Shown in pieces: positions 1 through 13,205 of a stretch of 64,000 nt of DNA. The notes beneath the pieces were generated by a model. The model worked only from the letters and a program-made list of their open reading frames with translations, searched no databases and was not told the origin of the DNA. Both the position numbers and the translations under genes were made by a program. The DNA comes from the human T2T-CHM13v2.0 reference genome, Homo sapiens. Where the stretch lies: NCBI RefSeq assembly GCF_009914755.1, contig NC_060926.1. One strand, 5' to 3'. The stretch's first letter is position 1, and each line of letters starts with the position of its first letter.

Positions 1-444
1 TTATTTGCTGTGTGTCCTCGGACAATTCACTTAGCCTCTCTGGGTCCCAGGTTCCCTGGCTTTAGTAGAAGAAGCGGAATTGATCTATCCAGTTCCCTAG
101 CATCTCTAAAATTATGTGAGCCTAGATTCTCAGCTATATAAAAGTTTAAAATATAAAATATAATAAAATTTCAAATACATAATTTAAAGAAAAGAAAATG
201 CAGAACAATTATTTTTATGGAGAATCATCTGTGCAGTCTTCATCACTTCTGACATTGGGAGAAACTTTTCCACATGCCTAGATTCTATGAGACTCACCAG
301 AAGTCACGAGATGCTCTTGTTGACTGAAAAATGCATGCAGGGGTCATCACTGTGCCTGTGAAGGGGGAGTATGTGTTGACATTACAGATGTGGAGTTGTT
401 CTTAAAAATACAATAACCAAAACAGTAATATTCCCTTACGTTTC

Positions 445-635
445 TACAATGCTTTCAGTTTCCAAAACCATTTCACATCCATTATCTCATTTGATTCTCA
501 CAACAACCCTGTGAGTCATTATCCCCATTTCACAGCTGAGAAACCAAGACTCCAAAAGGTTAATTCACTTGTCCAGGGTCACCTAACTAGTAATTGGCAA
601 ATTCTCAACCAGGACCTAAATCTTCTGCTTCTAAC
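445..635 (-). mobile_element. MIR SINE
   Basis: CATTATCCCCATTTCACAGCTGAGAAACCAAGACTC...GTTAATTCACTTGTCCAGGGTCAC is the reverse complement of the MIR core. Confidence 0.8.
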
Positions 636-1869
636 TGTAGTGGCCTTTCTGCCCTTTGTAGATAGAATGCCTGCGGATCTCTTCTCTTTGCTTTCTCATC
701 ACTGCAGAGTAGGTGTTGCATTCCTTCATATTTTGCTCTTTGTGACATTCTCATGATACCAACTATCATGATTTGTATTGTTTTCCTTTCCAAATATAGT
801 CCAATCCCTTTCCAACAATGCTTTGCTTAATCTACCTGGATTACACAAGGAACTAAAACCAATATTTCCTTTCTGATTTAACATAATCTATTTTATCCAT
901 TTTTAAAAAGAGATTATTCTGTAGAAATGGCATGTAAATCCACAAAATAAACAAAGTCACTTTCCTCTGGACTCTAGACAAATAACCTGAAAATAATCCT
1001 GGCAAGATTGTGTTTGCAGAGCTAAAAAGTGCTGAGAAAAATAAATAAATAAATAACTCACAGTCTCTATAGCAGTTCCCCTTCTTCTCCTCCTGTTCAT
1101 GGATGTGAATTTATGACTTTTCTTCCCAGGTCAAAGTTAAATGAATTCATCAGTAGAACCTATAATTAATATGAGTGGTTAATTCTAAGGCTTTCACTGC
1201 ACAATCTCAGTGACATTTTGCAGCACTGAGGGTGGCCATTAGGAGAAAATGTGCTCACCAATGAGTGCATACTGAAATTAGCAATAAAACATTTGTCTCT
1301 CCATTTCACATACAATTTGGCCTAAGAAGAATAAGACAAACAGACCCTCTATGGCAGGGCAGTCCCTGAAAATTCCTCCACAACCCAAGAGTATCCAGGC
1401 TTTGAGGAAAATACATGTTTCACCTGTCTTTTGAAAAACTCAGTACATTAATTATCCCAAAATAGAGAAACTAAGAGAAATTAAGCATGCATGGTTCATA
1501 TGACAATGAATTTCATTATACAAAGATTCCAAACAGCACGTTACTAATTTCCAAATTTTAAAAAGAAAAAAAAAGACACTCTGAGATATATATAATTTTT
1601 TTTATGAGGCCATGCACGTGATAAAAACATAGATTAGGCTATGAATATATATTCCTTTACTTTTAAAATTAATTGTGCATACAGACAAAATTTTTACATT
1701 TCAAGGGTTGAGTTACATAACCATACAACCCAGGGCATATTTTTTTAACTTTCTAAATAAGAAATTAAAAATATTTTCTGATCTCCCCCTCTATGCCATC
1801 AAAGTGTTGAGCCAATGATTGATTCAACGTTCAAAGGTAGATAATATTTTTATGTATATAAAGTAAATT

Positions 1870-2400
1870 TAGAAAAACAGTTACTTCATTCATTTACTCA
1901 TGTACCCATCCTATATTGTGAAGCCCCATTAAATGCCTATGTCAGTTGCTAAGTTTACAACTTTGTCTGGAGAATTCTGTGATTGGATGTCTAGAAAGTT
2001 TTGCTCAAATGCTTATGTGAGAAAGATCACTTTGGCAACAGGCTGATGGGTGGCCTGGGAAGTGGGAAGACTGGAAACACGTGCTGGTGGGAAGGCAGTA
2101 TCTAGAACCCTCAAAATACATAGTTCAGTCTTTAATTCAAGTAACGTTGGTGAGTTTAAAGAGAAATGAATGGACTCAGGAGTTATCAGGGTTCTGGAAT
2201 GAATGAGGCCTGTGACTGAATTTTGGAATTTGAGAAGAAGATCCCAGATGAAAGATGATTTTGAAGTTCAGGATGGCCTAGATAGCCACATGGATGGTGG
2301 TGTCATCCTTTAGGAGGGAAACACAGAAAGACAAGTGGGTTTGAGTGAGTTCAATTCAGGACACGTTGAGGTTCAGAAGCCTGGAAACAGGATGGGATAT
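1870..2400 (-). mobile_element. L2 LINE fragment
   Basis: GAAAGATCACTTTGGC...TGGATGGTGGTGTCATCC...GAGTTCAATTCAGGACACGTTGAGGTTCAGAAGCCTG resembles antisense L2 3' region; ends approximate. Confidence 0.6.
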
Positions 2401-2500
2401 TAAAGATCCTCAGTCTAACACAATAAGTAGCTCAGGAGTCCAAGACCAGCATGAGCAACCCAATGGGCCCCTGCCCCACCCCTGGCGTCTGTAAAACTAC

Positions 2501-2657
2501 TTAACCAGGGGCAGTGGCACATGCCTGTAGCCCCAGCTACTAAGAAGGCTGAGGTGGGAGGATCACATGAGCCCAGGAGTTTGAGGCTGCAGTGAGCTAT
2601 GATTGTGTCACTGCACTCCAGCCTGGGCAAAAGAGCAAGACCTTATTTTTTAAAAAG
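2501..2657 (+). mobile_element. Alu monomer (FRAM / AluJ right arm)
   Basis: GGCACATGCCTGTAGCCCCAGCTAC...GAGGATCACATGAGCCCAGGAGTTTGAGGCTGCAGTGAGCTATGATT, J-type right arm only. Confidence 0.85.
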
Positions 2658-3792
<1,135 letters not shown>

Positions 3793-3924
3793 ATCAGAAG
3801 ACTCTTGCATCTCACTGTCAACTCCTTCTAGCATAAAATAACCCAAGAGGTACAACACATGGGGAAATTGGAGAGACAGTAGAGGAAGAAAATGTCTGCC
3901 CAGCCACAGAGGAACCTGAAGTTC

Positions 3925-4025
3925 TTTTCTTTTTTGTTTTGTTTTTCTTTTATTTTCTTTTATTGTGGTAAGAACACTTAACATGAGGTTTTCTCTCTTA
4001 AATTTTTGTGTACAATACATTAATT
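3925..4025 (-). mobile_element. L1M 3' terminal fragment
   Basis: T-rich tail followed by TTATTGTGGTAAGAACACTTAACATGAG...TGTGTACAATAC. Confidence 0.6.
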
Positions 4026-4034
4026 TTGGTTTTG

Positions 4035-4413
4035 GGTTTTTTAAACTGTATTGTATTTTTATTTCCATAGGTTTTTGGGGAACAGGTGGTGTTTGGTTAC
4101 ATGAGTAACTTCTTTAGTGGTGATTTGTGAGATTTTGGTGCGCCTATCACCCGAGCAGTGTACACTGCACCCAATATGCAGTCTTTTATCCCTCAACCTG
4201 CTCCCACCCTTTCCTCCAAGTCCCCACAGTCCATTGTGTCACTCTTATGCCTTTGCATCCTCATAGCTTAGCTCCCACACTTATGAGTGAGAATATATGA
4301 TGTTTGGTTTTCCATTCCTGAGTTACTTCACTTAGAATAATGGTATCCAATTCCATCCAGGTTGCTGCAAATGCCATTATTTCATTCTTTTTTATGGCTG
4401 AATAGTATTCAGT

Positions 4414-4450
<37 letters not shown>

Positions 4451-4810
4451 ATATAACATTTTCTTATCCACTCATTGATTGACAGGTATTTGGGCTGGTT
4501 CCATATTTTTGCAATTGTGAATTGTGCTGCTATAAACGTGTGTGGAAGTATCTTTTTCGTATAATGACTTATTTTCCCCTGGGTAGATACCCAGTAGTGG
4601 GATTGCAGGATCAAATGGTAGTTCTACTTTTAGTTCTGTAAGGAACCTCCACACTGTTTTCCATAGTGGTTGTAGTAGTTTACATTCCCACCAGCAGTGT
4701 AGAAGTATTCCCTGTTCGCCATACCCCAGCCAATATTTATTATTTTTTAATTTTTTTTAATTATGGCCATTCTTGCAACAGTAAGGTGGTATTGCGTTGT
4801 GGTTTTGATT
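4035..4810 (-). mobile_element. L1PB/L1MA1-type 3' fragment
   Basis: TTTCCATAGGTTTTTGGGGAACAGGTGGTGTTTGGTTACATGAG 3' end; ORFs 4261..4614 and 4472..4654 translate to L1 ORF2p C-terminus ([12 protein letters not shown]). Confidence 0.9.
4415..4447. repeat. (TG)n microsatellite
   Basis: About 16 perfect GT units inside the L1. Confidence 0.95.
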
Positions 4811-4974
4811 GATAGACCATTACTGAGATTATGAAGTTGGTTTCTACGCAGCACTAGAGTACTGTGACCACGCTGAACCCTTGCCTGCACCTCTTCACTC
4901 TGCTCTTCATGTGGAACTAAGGCCCCTGTTCACAAGTGCTCCTCAGATTCAGAGAGGCTGGGCAGAGGGAATGG

Positions 4975-5160
4975 GTTTTGAAATAAGACAAATCTTGTGT
5001 CAATGAAAAGATGTACCACTTTCTAGCTCTGTGATTTGGGGAATTATTTCATCTCTGTGAAACTCAGATTGCTTGTCTCTAAGACAGATATAGTATCAGT
5101 AACATGATGGCCTGTTATTAAGATTAAATGTAAAAATGAATATAAAATACCTCAAAACAT
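4975..5160 (+). mobile_element. MIR SINE
   Basis: CCACTTTCTAGCTCTGTGATTTGGGGAATTATTTCATCTCTGTGAAACTCAG...AAGATTAAATG. Confidence 0.7.
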
Positions 5161-5162
5161 GC

Positions 5163-5630
5163 AGTATTAGTTAACTATTGCCAAAAGAACATTGCCTAAC
5201 AAACCATCCCAAAACACAGTGCCTCGAAACAACAACCATCATTACTGTTCCTCAGTCTGTGGGTCAGTTGAGTGGTTCTGCTGGTCCTGGCCAGGGTCCC
5301 TCACACATCACACATTTGGGGTTAGATGGTGTTGACTGGCCAAGGATGGCCTGGGCTCTGCTCCGTGTGGTCTCTCTTCCTCCAGCATGCTGGCCTGGAC
5401 TTGTTCTCATGGTCAAGGCAGAGGCATGAAAGGCTTCCTGAGACCAAAATCCAGAATGGGAATACTGTCATTTTCATCATTGCTATTGATCGAAGCAAGT
5501 CTTAAGGCCAGCCCAGAATTCCAGGGGTGGAGAAATAGTTTCCATCTTTTGATAGAAAAAGATGCGAGTAACATTAACAAAAGCATGTGCACGGGCTGGA
5601 GTGGAGAATTGAGACCATCAGAGAAACCAG
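5163..5630 (-). mobile_element. MLT1 (ERVL-MaLR) LTR
   Basis: TATTAGTTAACTATTGCC...AACAAACCATCCCAAAACACAGTG and GCAAGTCTTAAGGCCAGCCCAGAATT typical of antisense MLT1G-K. Confidence 0.7.
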
Positions 5631-6199
5631 TGCAGCACATGTGCCGGGCTCATGGGCATGCACATGGCTCTGCAGAGCTTCATCCCTCCCCTTGTCACCT
5701 CAGGCTGTTAACAGCCAATTACAAAAAACAAACCAATCCATGCATTCCTTTTCCCCACATGTCTTCTGACATAAGCAGCTTCACCAAAGTTACAGCAGGG
5801 GAAATGGCACTGAGAAGTGAAGATATAGACAAAAAAGTCTCCTGGAGATAGCAGAACCACAAGTCCTCGACATTAAAACTACAGGTAAAGATCACAGACT
5901 ACTTCATGTTTGGACATTATTATTTTTCCAGCTATGTTCTGTAATTCACTAAATTGCTATTCTTTTTTTTAAGAGAATCCTTCTCAGTTATTACCTCTTT
6001 GTCTAGAGAAAACTTTATTTAGAAGTCCCCAAAATTAGGTCAACTATCTTATCCCAGCAAACACAATGGAGACTTTAGAAACATCATAGAAAAGAAAGAA
6101 ATTCGAAGCCACCTTTCCAGCTAGGAATAAGAAGCTGGGAAGAAGCCTTCAAGGCACCACTCTGGACAGAGCAACAAGACAAGAAGCTGACTGACTGGG

Positions 6200-6514
6200 G
6201 CTTTTGCTTTTCTAAGAGGAAGAAGCATCTGCTGGAAGGCCCCTTGGTCCCTAGGCCCTGCCCTCCAATTTCTTCCTGGAATGCAGACAAGATGGCTGAG
6301 GTTGCAGCAGCCATGTTGAGACCATGAGGTGACAAGCATGAGGATAAAGAACCATCAAGACAGGAAACCCAAAATCCAGGAAGGCATTGCACAGCAGCTG
6401 CACTACCCCATATTACTCACCTTTGACCTGCTGCTCCATGAGAAAAGCCACCTCACTTCATTACACCACTGTCACTGGCTATCACTCACAGCTGGGCCCT
6501 TCCCTAACCAGTAA
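6200..6514 (+). mobile_element. old MLT1 (K/L-like) LTR fragment
   Basis: GTTGCAGCAGCCATGTTGAGACCATGAGGTGACAAGCATGAGGATAAAG ... CCCTAACCAGTA end. Confidence 0.55.
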
Positions 6515-7551
6515 GATAACAGCTATACTTCTAGGTTGTTATATGCTTTAGATTTAGAAATAATATGCTTAAATCTTATGTCCTTAAAAAGTATGTTAGC
6601 CTAAATTAGGTATTTTTTTACAAATTAACAAGTAAAATTTCATTCATGGCCTTTGATGATTTCCAGCAAAAAATAAGCTTCATTGCTAGTCTATTATGGC
6701 CAAAGTTAACATTCTTTTAAGTTATTTCTCTCCAAATAATTTTAGAGCCTCCAAATATTTTTGTGGATGTACTTACTATGGGAAACCTACACTTGAAGAA
6801 ATGATAAGATAGAATGCAAAAATTAGCAGTCTGACTCAATTATCTAAGAAATCATATGGAACTTAGGACAGGATTTCAGGGGAAATAACAAATATATGTA
6901 TATATAATATATTCATAAATCAAACATAAAATTAAGCTTATTAGTTCATAGGCATATCTTTCCCCTGAAATTTTATCATGGGAAGTAAACTCCTTTGGAA
7001 TTAAAAGTAAAATACAAAAAAATCAATTGCTCTGAAAATTAAGATGAAATTGCTATCCGCACCATCCTTAAAAAGCTCATAAGATACTATTAATTTGTAA
7101 TGTTGGTCTTATCACATCTATTAATATAATATTAAACAAATGTGGAAATTCTGCAAATGTTAGAAACCTTAACAATGCTTATACACTGGCATTACAAATA
7201 CAAAAGCAGAGGGGAAGAGAGGGAATTTGGCAGTAAGAAAATTAATCCTCTCGTCTTTCATAGCCAGAAGTTGAAGACATCTAAAATTAAAACATGGGAT
7301 TAGAAATATAATAATTCCAATCTCATTGAATGTTTCATAGTTTCTGTAGCCTTAGAATACTATGTTAGGATATTTAGGATACTAAGCAAGATTTGTGGAT
7401 ATCATTTCTGTTCTCTTCTAGGTTGCTTGATTCTTTTTCTAATATGTATGCTTTTTTGTTTGTTTACCTTTAAGCTCTGTTGGACTTAACGTATGTATTA
7501 TTTATATAAAAACGGTAAAGTATTAAAATTTTTAAATAGAAATGTAACTTC

Positions 7552-8049
7552 TATGTTAGTCTGGGTTCTCCAGAAAAAGCAACCAATAGGAGATAAATAT
7601 ACATATTCATATATACATATACATATACACACACACACTAAGAGGCATATGTGTATGCATGTCTATGTGTGTGTGCGTGAAGGGGGGGAAGCGAGATGTA
7701 CTATGAGGAATTTATACATGATTATGGAAGCCGAGAAGACCAAGATCTGCAGTCAGCAGGCTAGAGACCAGGAGAGCCAATGGTGTATGTTCCAGTTCAA
7801 TCTGGGTCCTAAGACAGGAGACGGCCAGTATTCCGGCCTGGAGACAGTTAGGCAGAGAGAGGGAGTTCTTTCTTCCTTAGTCTTTTGTTCTGTTCAGGCC
7901 TTCAGTGGAATGGATGAGGCCCACTCACTAGGGAGGCAGCCCACTGACCCAAATGCTGACTTCATGTAGAAGCACCCAGGATAAGGTTTAACCAACTGTC
8001 TGGGCACTCTGCAGCCCAGTAACACTGACACATAAATTTAACCTTCACA
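7552..8049 (-). mobile_element. MLT2 (ERVL) LTR
   Basis: TTAGTCTGGGTTCTCCAGAAAAAGCAACCAATAGG start, internal TA/CA tract, ends CTGACACATAAATTTAACCTTCACA. Confidence 0.85.
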
Positions 8050-8539
8050 ACTTCAAAACAGCACAACTTTCACCTATGTGTTTCAGCAGATTAGAAAAGA
8101 GTGTGCTTTGAGGCTGCCCCTCACCTGGGAACCCCAGTACTGACCTTGGAGGAGCCACAGGAGGAGGATCCCAGTTCTTCGGTAAATGTGGAGCATTTTG
8201 CTGACTTTCAGAACTGGAACATGGGCTCAATGTTTTCCTTGTCTGTGTCCCCTTTCTTTGGTTAATTGGAACTCTGCTTTCTAAGGACTAGGAATATAAG
8301 TTTCCTTATCTTTAATAGGGTTTGGGAGCTGAAGGAGGGGCCAGTCTCCGTATTACGACTAGATTGTCTGAGTACACCGTTTGACTCCTCTATCCCAGCC
8401 TAGCCAATCAGTTCCACCAAAAGCAGCAATTGGGACAGCCTGAGTGGGGAAAAAAAGAATAATAGTCTAATCCAGACTAATAATTTCCCATCAGTTCAAT
8501 CACGATGATGTCTTCACTGGTTCTCCTTCCTCCAATTTC

Positions 8540-9130
8540 TCCTGGATCTACAACAGGGATGAGGTTGCCTGCCTAAAACATAGATCAGTTCATGAACTTC
8601 TCTATCAAAATCCTGCAATAATTTCCTACTACCAGCATCAGAAAACAAAGTGGCAAAGCCATGTGCGCCCAGCCCTGTGCAATCTGGTCATTCTATCTTT
8701 GCAGCCGCCGTCACCCCCAGCCCCAACACTGAATCCTTTCTCAACTCCCACCTTCCCGGACACTGGCCACACAGCTGTGGTCCAAACTCACCACGAAGGT
8801 TCTTCACGGCCAAGCCTGTGTTCAGCCTGGAAGCCCCTTGCCCCAGTTCTTCCCTTATTGAAATTATTCTCAAGCATCAGAGACCAATTCAATGGTCCCT
8901 CCTCTTGGAATCTCCTGGTTTTCCCAACAGGATGACCACTCCTTCCCCTCCACTGGCTGATGTCTCACCTAGCTCTCCACTAGTGCCAGTGCCCGTACAC
9001 GTTGGGTTTCTTTACCCGTGCCTTTCCATGCCTCCTTAGGTCAAAGGCAGTGTGGTGTTTTTCTTTGTAGCTCTCGACATTACCATAGTTCCTGGCACAG
9101 AGTAGGTAATCAAAGAATTTTGATCTGCTA
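8540..9130 (+). mobile_element. L2 LINE 3' fragments
   Basis: AAAACATAGATCAGTTCATG...GCCCTGTGCAATCTGG and L2-like terminus TAGTTCCTGGCACAGAGTAGGTAATCAAAGAATTT. Confidence 0.6.
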
Positions 9131-10778
9131 AATTTGATTCTCAAAAAAAGACTTTCTATTTGGTCTATGAGCATCTATACAAATTACCTAAAAATCTAAC
9201 TTGTATCCTTATTCCTGTCATTTTGATCATGCAAATTTACACATGGCACTTATAAGTTTGTTTTAAGATAAATATAAATAAGGGCCCTCCTGTCAATATA
9301 CTTCATAAAAATGAGGGAAAACATCTATTCGATTTAACATAATGACCTTCAAAGTTCCCCAAATCCCCTTAATAAAGCAATAGCTACACAAGCAAAGGGT
9401 AATGTACATTTCTTTTTTATTCTAACAAAAGTAATAAATTCCTCAATTTGGGAGCGTGAGGAAGGTTGGATGAGGCAATCAGGCATCTCCCTTCACACAT
9501 TACCTCCCAGCTATGGATACAGAATGGAGCTCTGCTCTGCAGAGAGCCCTGTGATGCCTGTTCCTCACTCTCTCTCCACTTCAGTGTGCTGAGAGGGAGC
9601 TGAGCTCTAATTGCAGCCATATCAATCAAAGGGATTTCAGATTGCAGCACAACCTTCTCTAGCTGGAGTTAATTAGAATGCTGACATTTCCCAGACTGTC
9701 AGCTAAATGAATGCTTAGGAAGATGTGCATATACATCCAATGGGTAAATACAGGCTGTCAGAAACTCCTCCACAAAGCACACCCCAGCCCTTTCTGGTTC
9801 TGTCACCCTATACTACGGATAAGCGACTCACAACCTCCAGAGATGCAAACCCAGGGACCTGGGATGTTCTGTGAATTGCCCAGAAATCCATTTGAAATAT
9901 AGTTAAATGGTAAACTCACCTACAAAATATTGAGCCATGCTTTACACAGCCATATTCTTTGCAATCCAGTGAAAATGTGGGCTAATTTTCATTAATGTGT
10001 ATGCTTTAAACACAATAACCGTAATACCGTCATTACCAGATAACTAAATTAATATTCATTCCTGTTTGTTAAAATCCCGTCACTGGGAGATAGTGAAATG
10101 GTTGACATCCCCTGTTAGCTGCAGCATGAAAAGAGGAAAGAACTCATCTCGAGGTGCACAAACGCAGACAGAGTTTAAATATCACTGCTAATCTTACCAG
10201 ATTAGAACTGAGGACCAGACTCCAGACTTCCAAATTTTCAACCTCTCACTTGAGGAAAACACTTGAGAGGAAAATTTTCATAACAAATGGGAACCAAGTC
10301 ATGAAAGAATGACATGTCTTATACTGTAGAAGAAAGAAATGAAAGCCTATTTAAGTTTGTATTAAAGGGGACGAATAACCAGACATGTTTTGCTAGAAAT
10401 AAGAACCCCCCCCTTTAAGTTCAAAAGAGACCGCAAGAACACATGAACGACCACCACCAAAACAATGGGCTGCTGTCATAGTGGATAGTCCTGCGCACCA
10501 CAGCGTGATCCGGGCACTGGGTGTGCACCACCGTGCCCTGCGTAGTGGGCTTGACAGAGTCGCAGGGCCCTTCCTCAAGGCTGACTGGGTCCACTGGAGG
10601 ACAAGAAAAGTGGTACAGCCTGTGGGGAAGTGTGAGGAAGGTGGTGATGGGAAGGCCAAAAGAAGCACAGGTCTGAAGATGGGTAGGATTTATTCAAGAT
10701 GGGGAAGGGTGTGGGAAAAGAGATGGGGAAAGGAAGTATTTTAAGCAAAGAAAAGTGCACATGGGGAAGTATCTGGGC

Positions 10779-10856
10779 ACAGAAGGTGAAACACCTTGGA
10801 GAAGCACAGAGATGCTCACAGGAGGTGAACGGCCTTGGAGAGGCACAGAGATGCTC
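10779..10856. repeat. 39-bp tandem duplication (2 copies)
   Basis: ACAGAAGGTGAAACACCTTGGAGAAGCACAGAGATGCTC / ACAGGAGGTGAACGGCCTTGGAGAGGCACAGAGATGCTC, 34/39 identical. Confidence 0.9.
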
Positions 10857-11018
10857 GCTACAGCCGGAGGGAAGAGCAGGAGTCTGGAGTGGAGGAAATT
10901 ATGCTGCAGAAGAAGGCAGGCGCGAGGTCAGGCAAGCCAGGGAGGAAGATGGGAAGAACTAGAGACTTCTAAAGGTTTTACACACAGGAAGCTGTAGCAT
11001 CAAACTCACCTTTCATAA

Positions 11019-11382
<364 letters not shown>

Positions 11383-11394
11383 AAATTGCTTTCA

Positions 11395-11464
11395 TATTTA
11401 TTTAAGTAGAATGTATTGATTTATAATTGACATACCACAGAATTCATCCATCAAACGTGTACAA
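11395..11464 (-). mobile_element. L1MB-type 3' end (outermost host; continues at 20430)
   Basis: TATTGATTTATAATTGACATACCACAGAATTCATCCATCAAACGTGTACAA resumes as TACAACTCAATGTTTATCAGTATAGTCATAG at about 20429. Confidence 0.65.
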
Positions 11465-13205
11465 TATCATAATCAATGGCAAAAATCTGAAAGCATTTCC
11501 TTTAAGATCTGGTATAAGGCAAAGATGTCTGTTCTCACCACTTCTGTTTAACACAGTATTAAAAGTACTAGCAAGAGAATCAGACAAGAAAAGGAATAAA
11601 ATGCATCCAAATAAGCAAAAGTAAAATTATTCCTGTTTGTAGATGACAAAATCCTACATGTAAAAAACCCTTAAGACTCCACAAATAACTGATAAAATTA
11701 ATAAATGAATTTAGTAAAGTTGCAGTATATAAAATTAACATATATTAACATATAAAAATCAGTTTTATTTCTTTACACCAATCTATTCAAAAAAGAAATA
11801 AAGAAAAATACCATTCATAATAGCATCAAAAAGAATAAATACCTAGGAAAAATATTTAACCAAGGGAGTGAAAGATCTGTACACTGAAAATTATAAATCA
11901 TTGTTGAAAGAAACTGAACAATATGCAAATAAATGTGATGACATTTCATGTTCATAAATTGGAAGAATTAGTATCATTAAAATGTCCACACTACCCACAG
12001 CAATATAGAAATTCAATGCAATTCCTAGAAATATTGCAATGACATTTTTCACAGAAATAGAAAAACATATCTTAAATTTATATGGAACTACAAAAACCCT
12101 GAGTAGTCAAAACAGACTTGAGAAAGAAAAACAAATTAGAGGCATCACACTTCCAGATTTCAAATTATATTACAAAGCTACAGTAATCAAAACAGTTTGG
12201 TAGTGGCATAAAAGCAAATATATAGACCAATGGATCAGAATAAATAGCCCAGAAATAAACCCACACATATATTAGTAGTGTATATCTTGACAAGGCCACC
12301 AAGAAAACAGAATGGTGAAACGATAGTCTCTTCAATAAATGATGGTGAGAAAGTTGACTATCCATATGCAGAAAAAAAAAAACTGGGTCCTTATCTTACA
12401 CTATTTACAAAAATCAACTTATAATTGATTAAAGACCTAAACCTAAGACTTGGAATTATAAACCTACTAGAAGAAAACATGGAGAAGAAAACTCCTTGAT
12501 ACCGGCTTTGGCAATTTTTTTTTAATATCACACCAAAAGCTCAGGCAACAAAATAAAAAAAAAAGTGGAACTACATCAAATTAAAAAGCTTCTGTAGAGC
12601 AAATGAAACAAACAACAAAATAAGAAAGTAGCCAACATAGTGAGAGAAAATATTTGTGAACCCTGTACTAGACAAGGGGTTAATATTCCAAATATGTAAG
12701 GAACTCACACTACTCAACAGCAAAACATCAAATAGCTCAATTTTTAAATGGGAAAATAACCTCAATAAACATTTCTCCAAGAAAGTCATATAAAAATGGC
12801 CAATGAAAAAGTGCTCAGCATCACTAATCATCAGAGAAATGCAAATTAAAAGCATACTGAGATAATACCACACACCTATTAGAATAGCTATTGTGAAAAG
12901 GAAAAGATATAACAAGTGTTGGTGAGGATGTAGAGAGGGAACCCTTGTATACCATTAATGGAAATGTAGATGGGTGCAACCATTGTGGAAAACAGTATGG
13001 AAGTTACTAAAGAAATTTAAAATATAACTACCATATGACCCAGGAATCCCTCTTCTGGGTAAATACTCAAAGGAGATGAAACCACCACCTTGTAAAGATA
13101 TCTGCACACACATGTTCACTGCAGCATAGATGTGCAATAGCCGAGATGTGGAAACAATCTAAGTATTCATCAATGGAGGAATGGATAAAGAAGTTGTGGT
13201 GTATA
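11465..13205 (+). mobile_element. L1MA-type ORF2 3' half (its 3'UTR resumes at 20086)
   Basis: RT-region homology ([28 protein letters not shown]) through TGGATAAAGAAGTTGTGGTGTATA. Confidence 0.85.

Noticed and set aside
5387-5851. 154-aa ORF
   Set aside because: Starts within an MLT1 LTR and shows no recognisable protein similarity.
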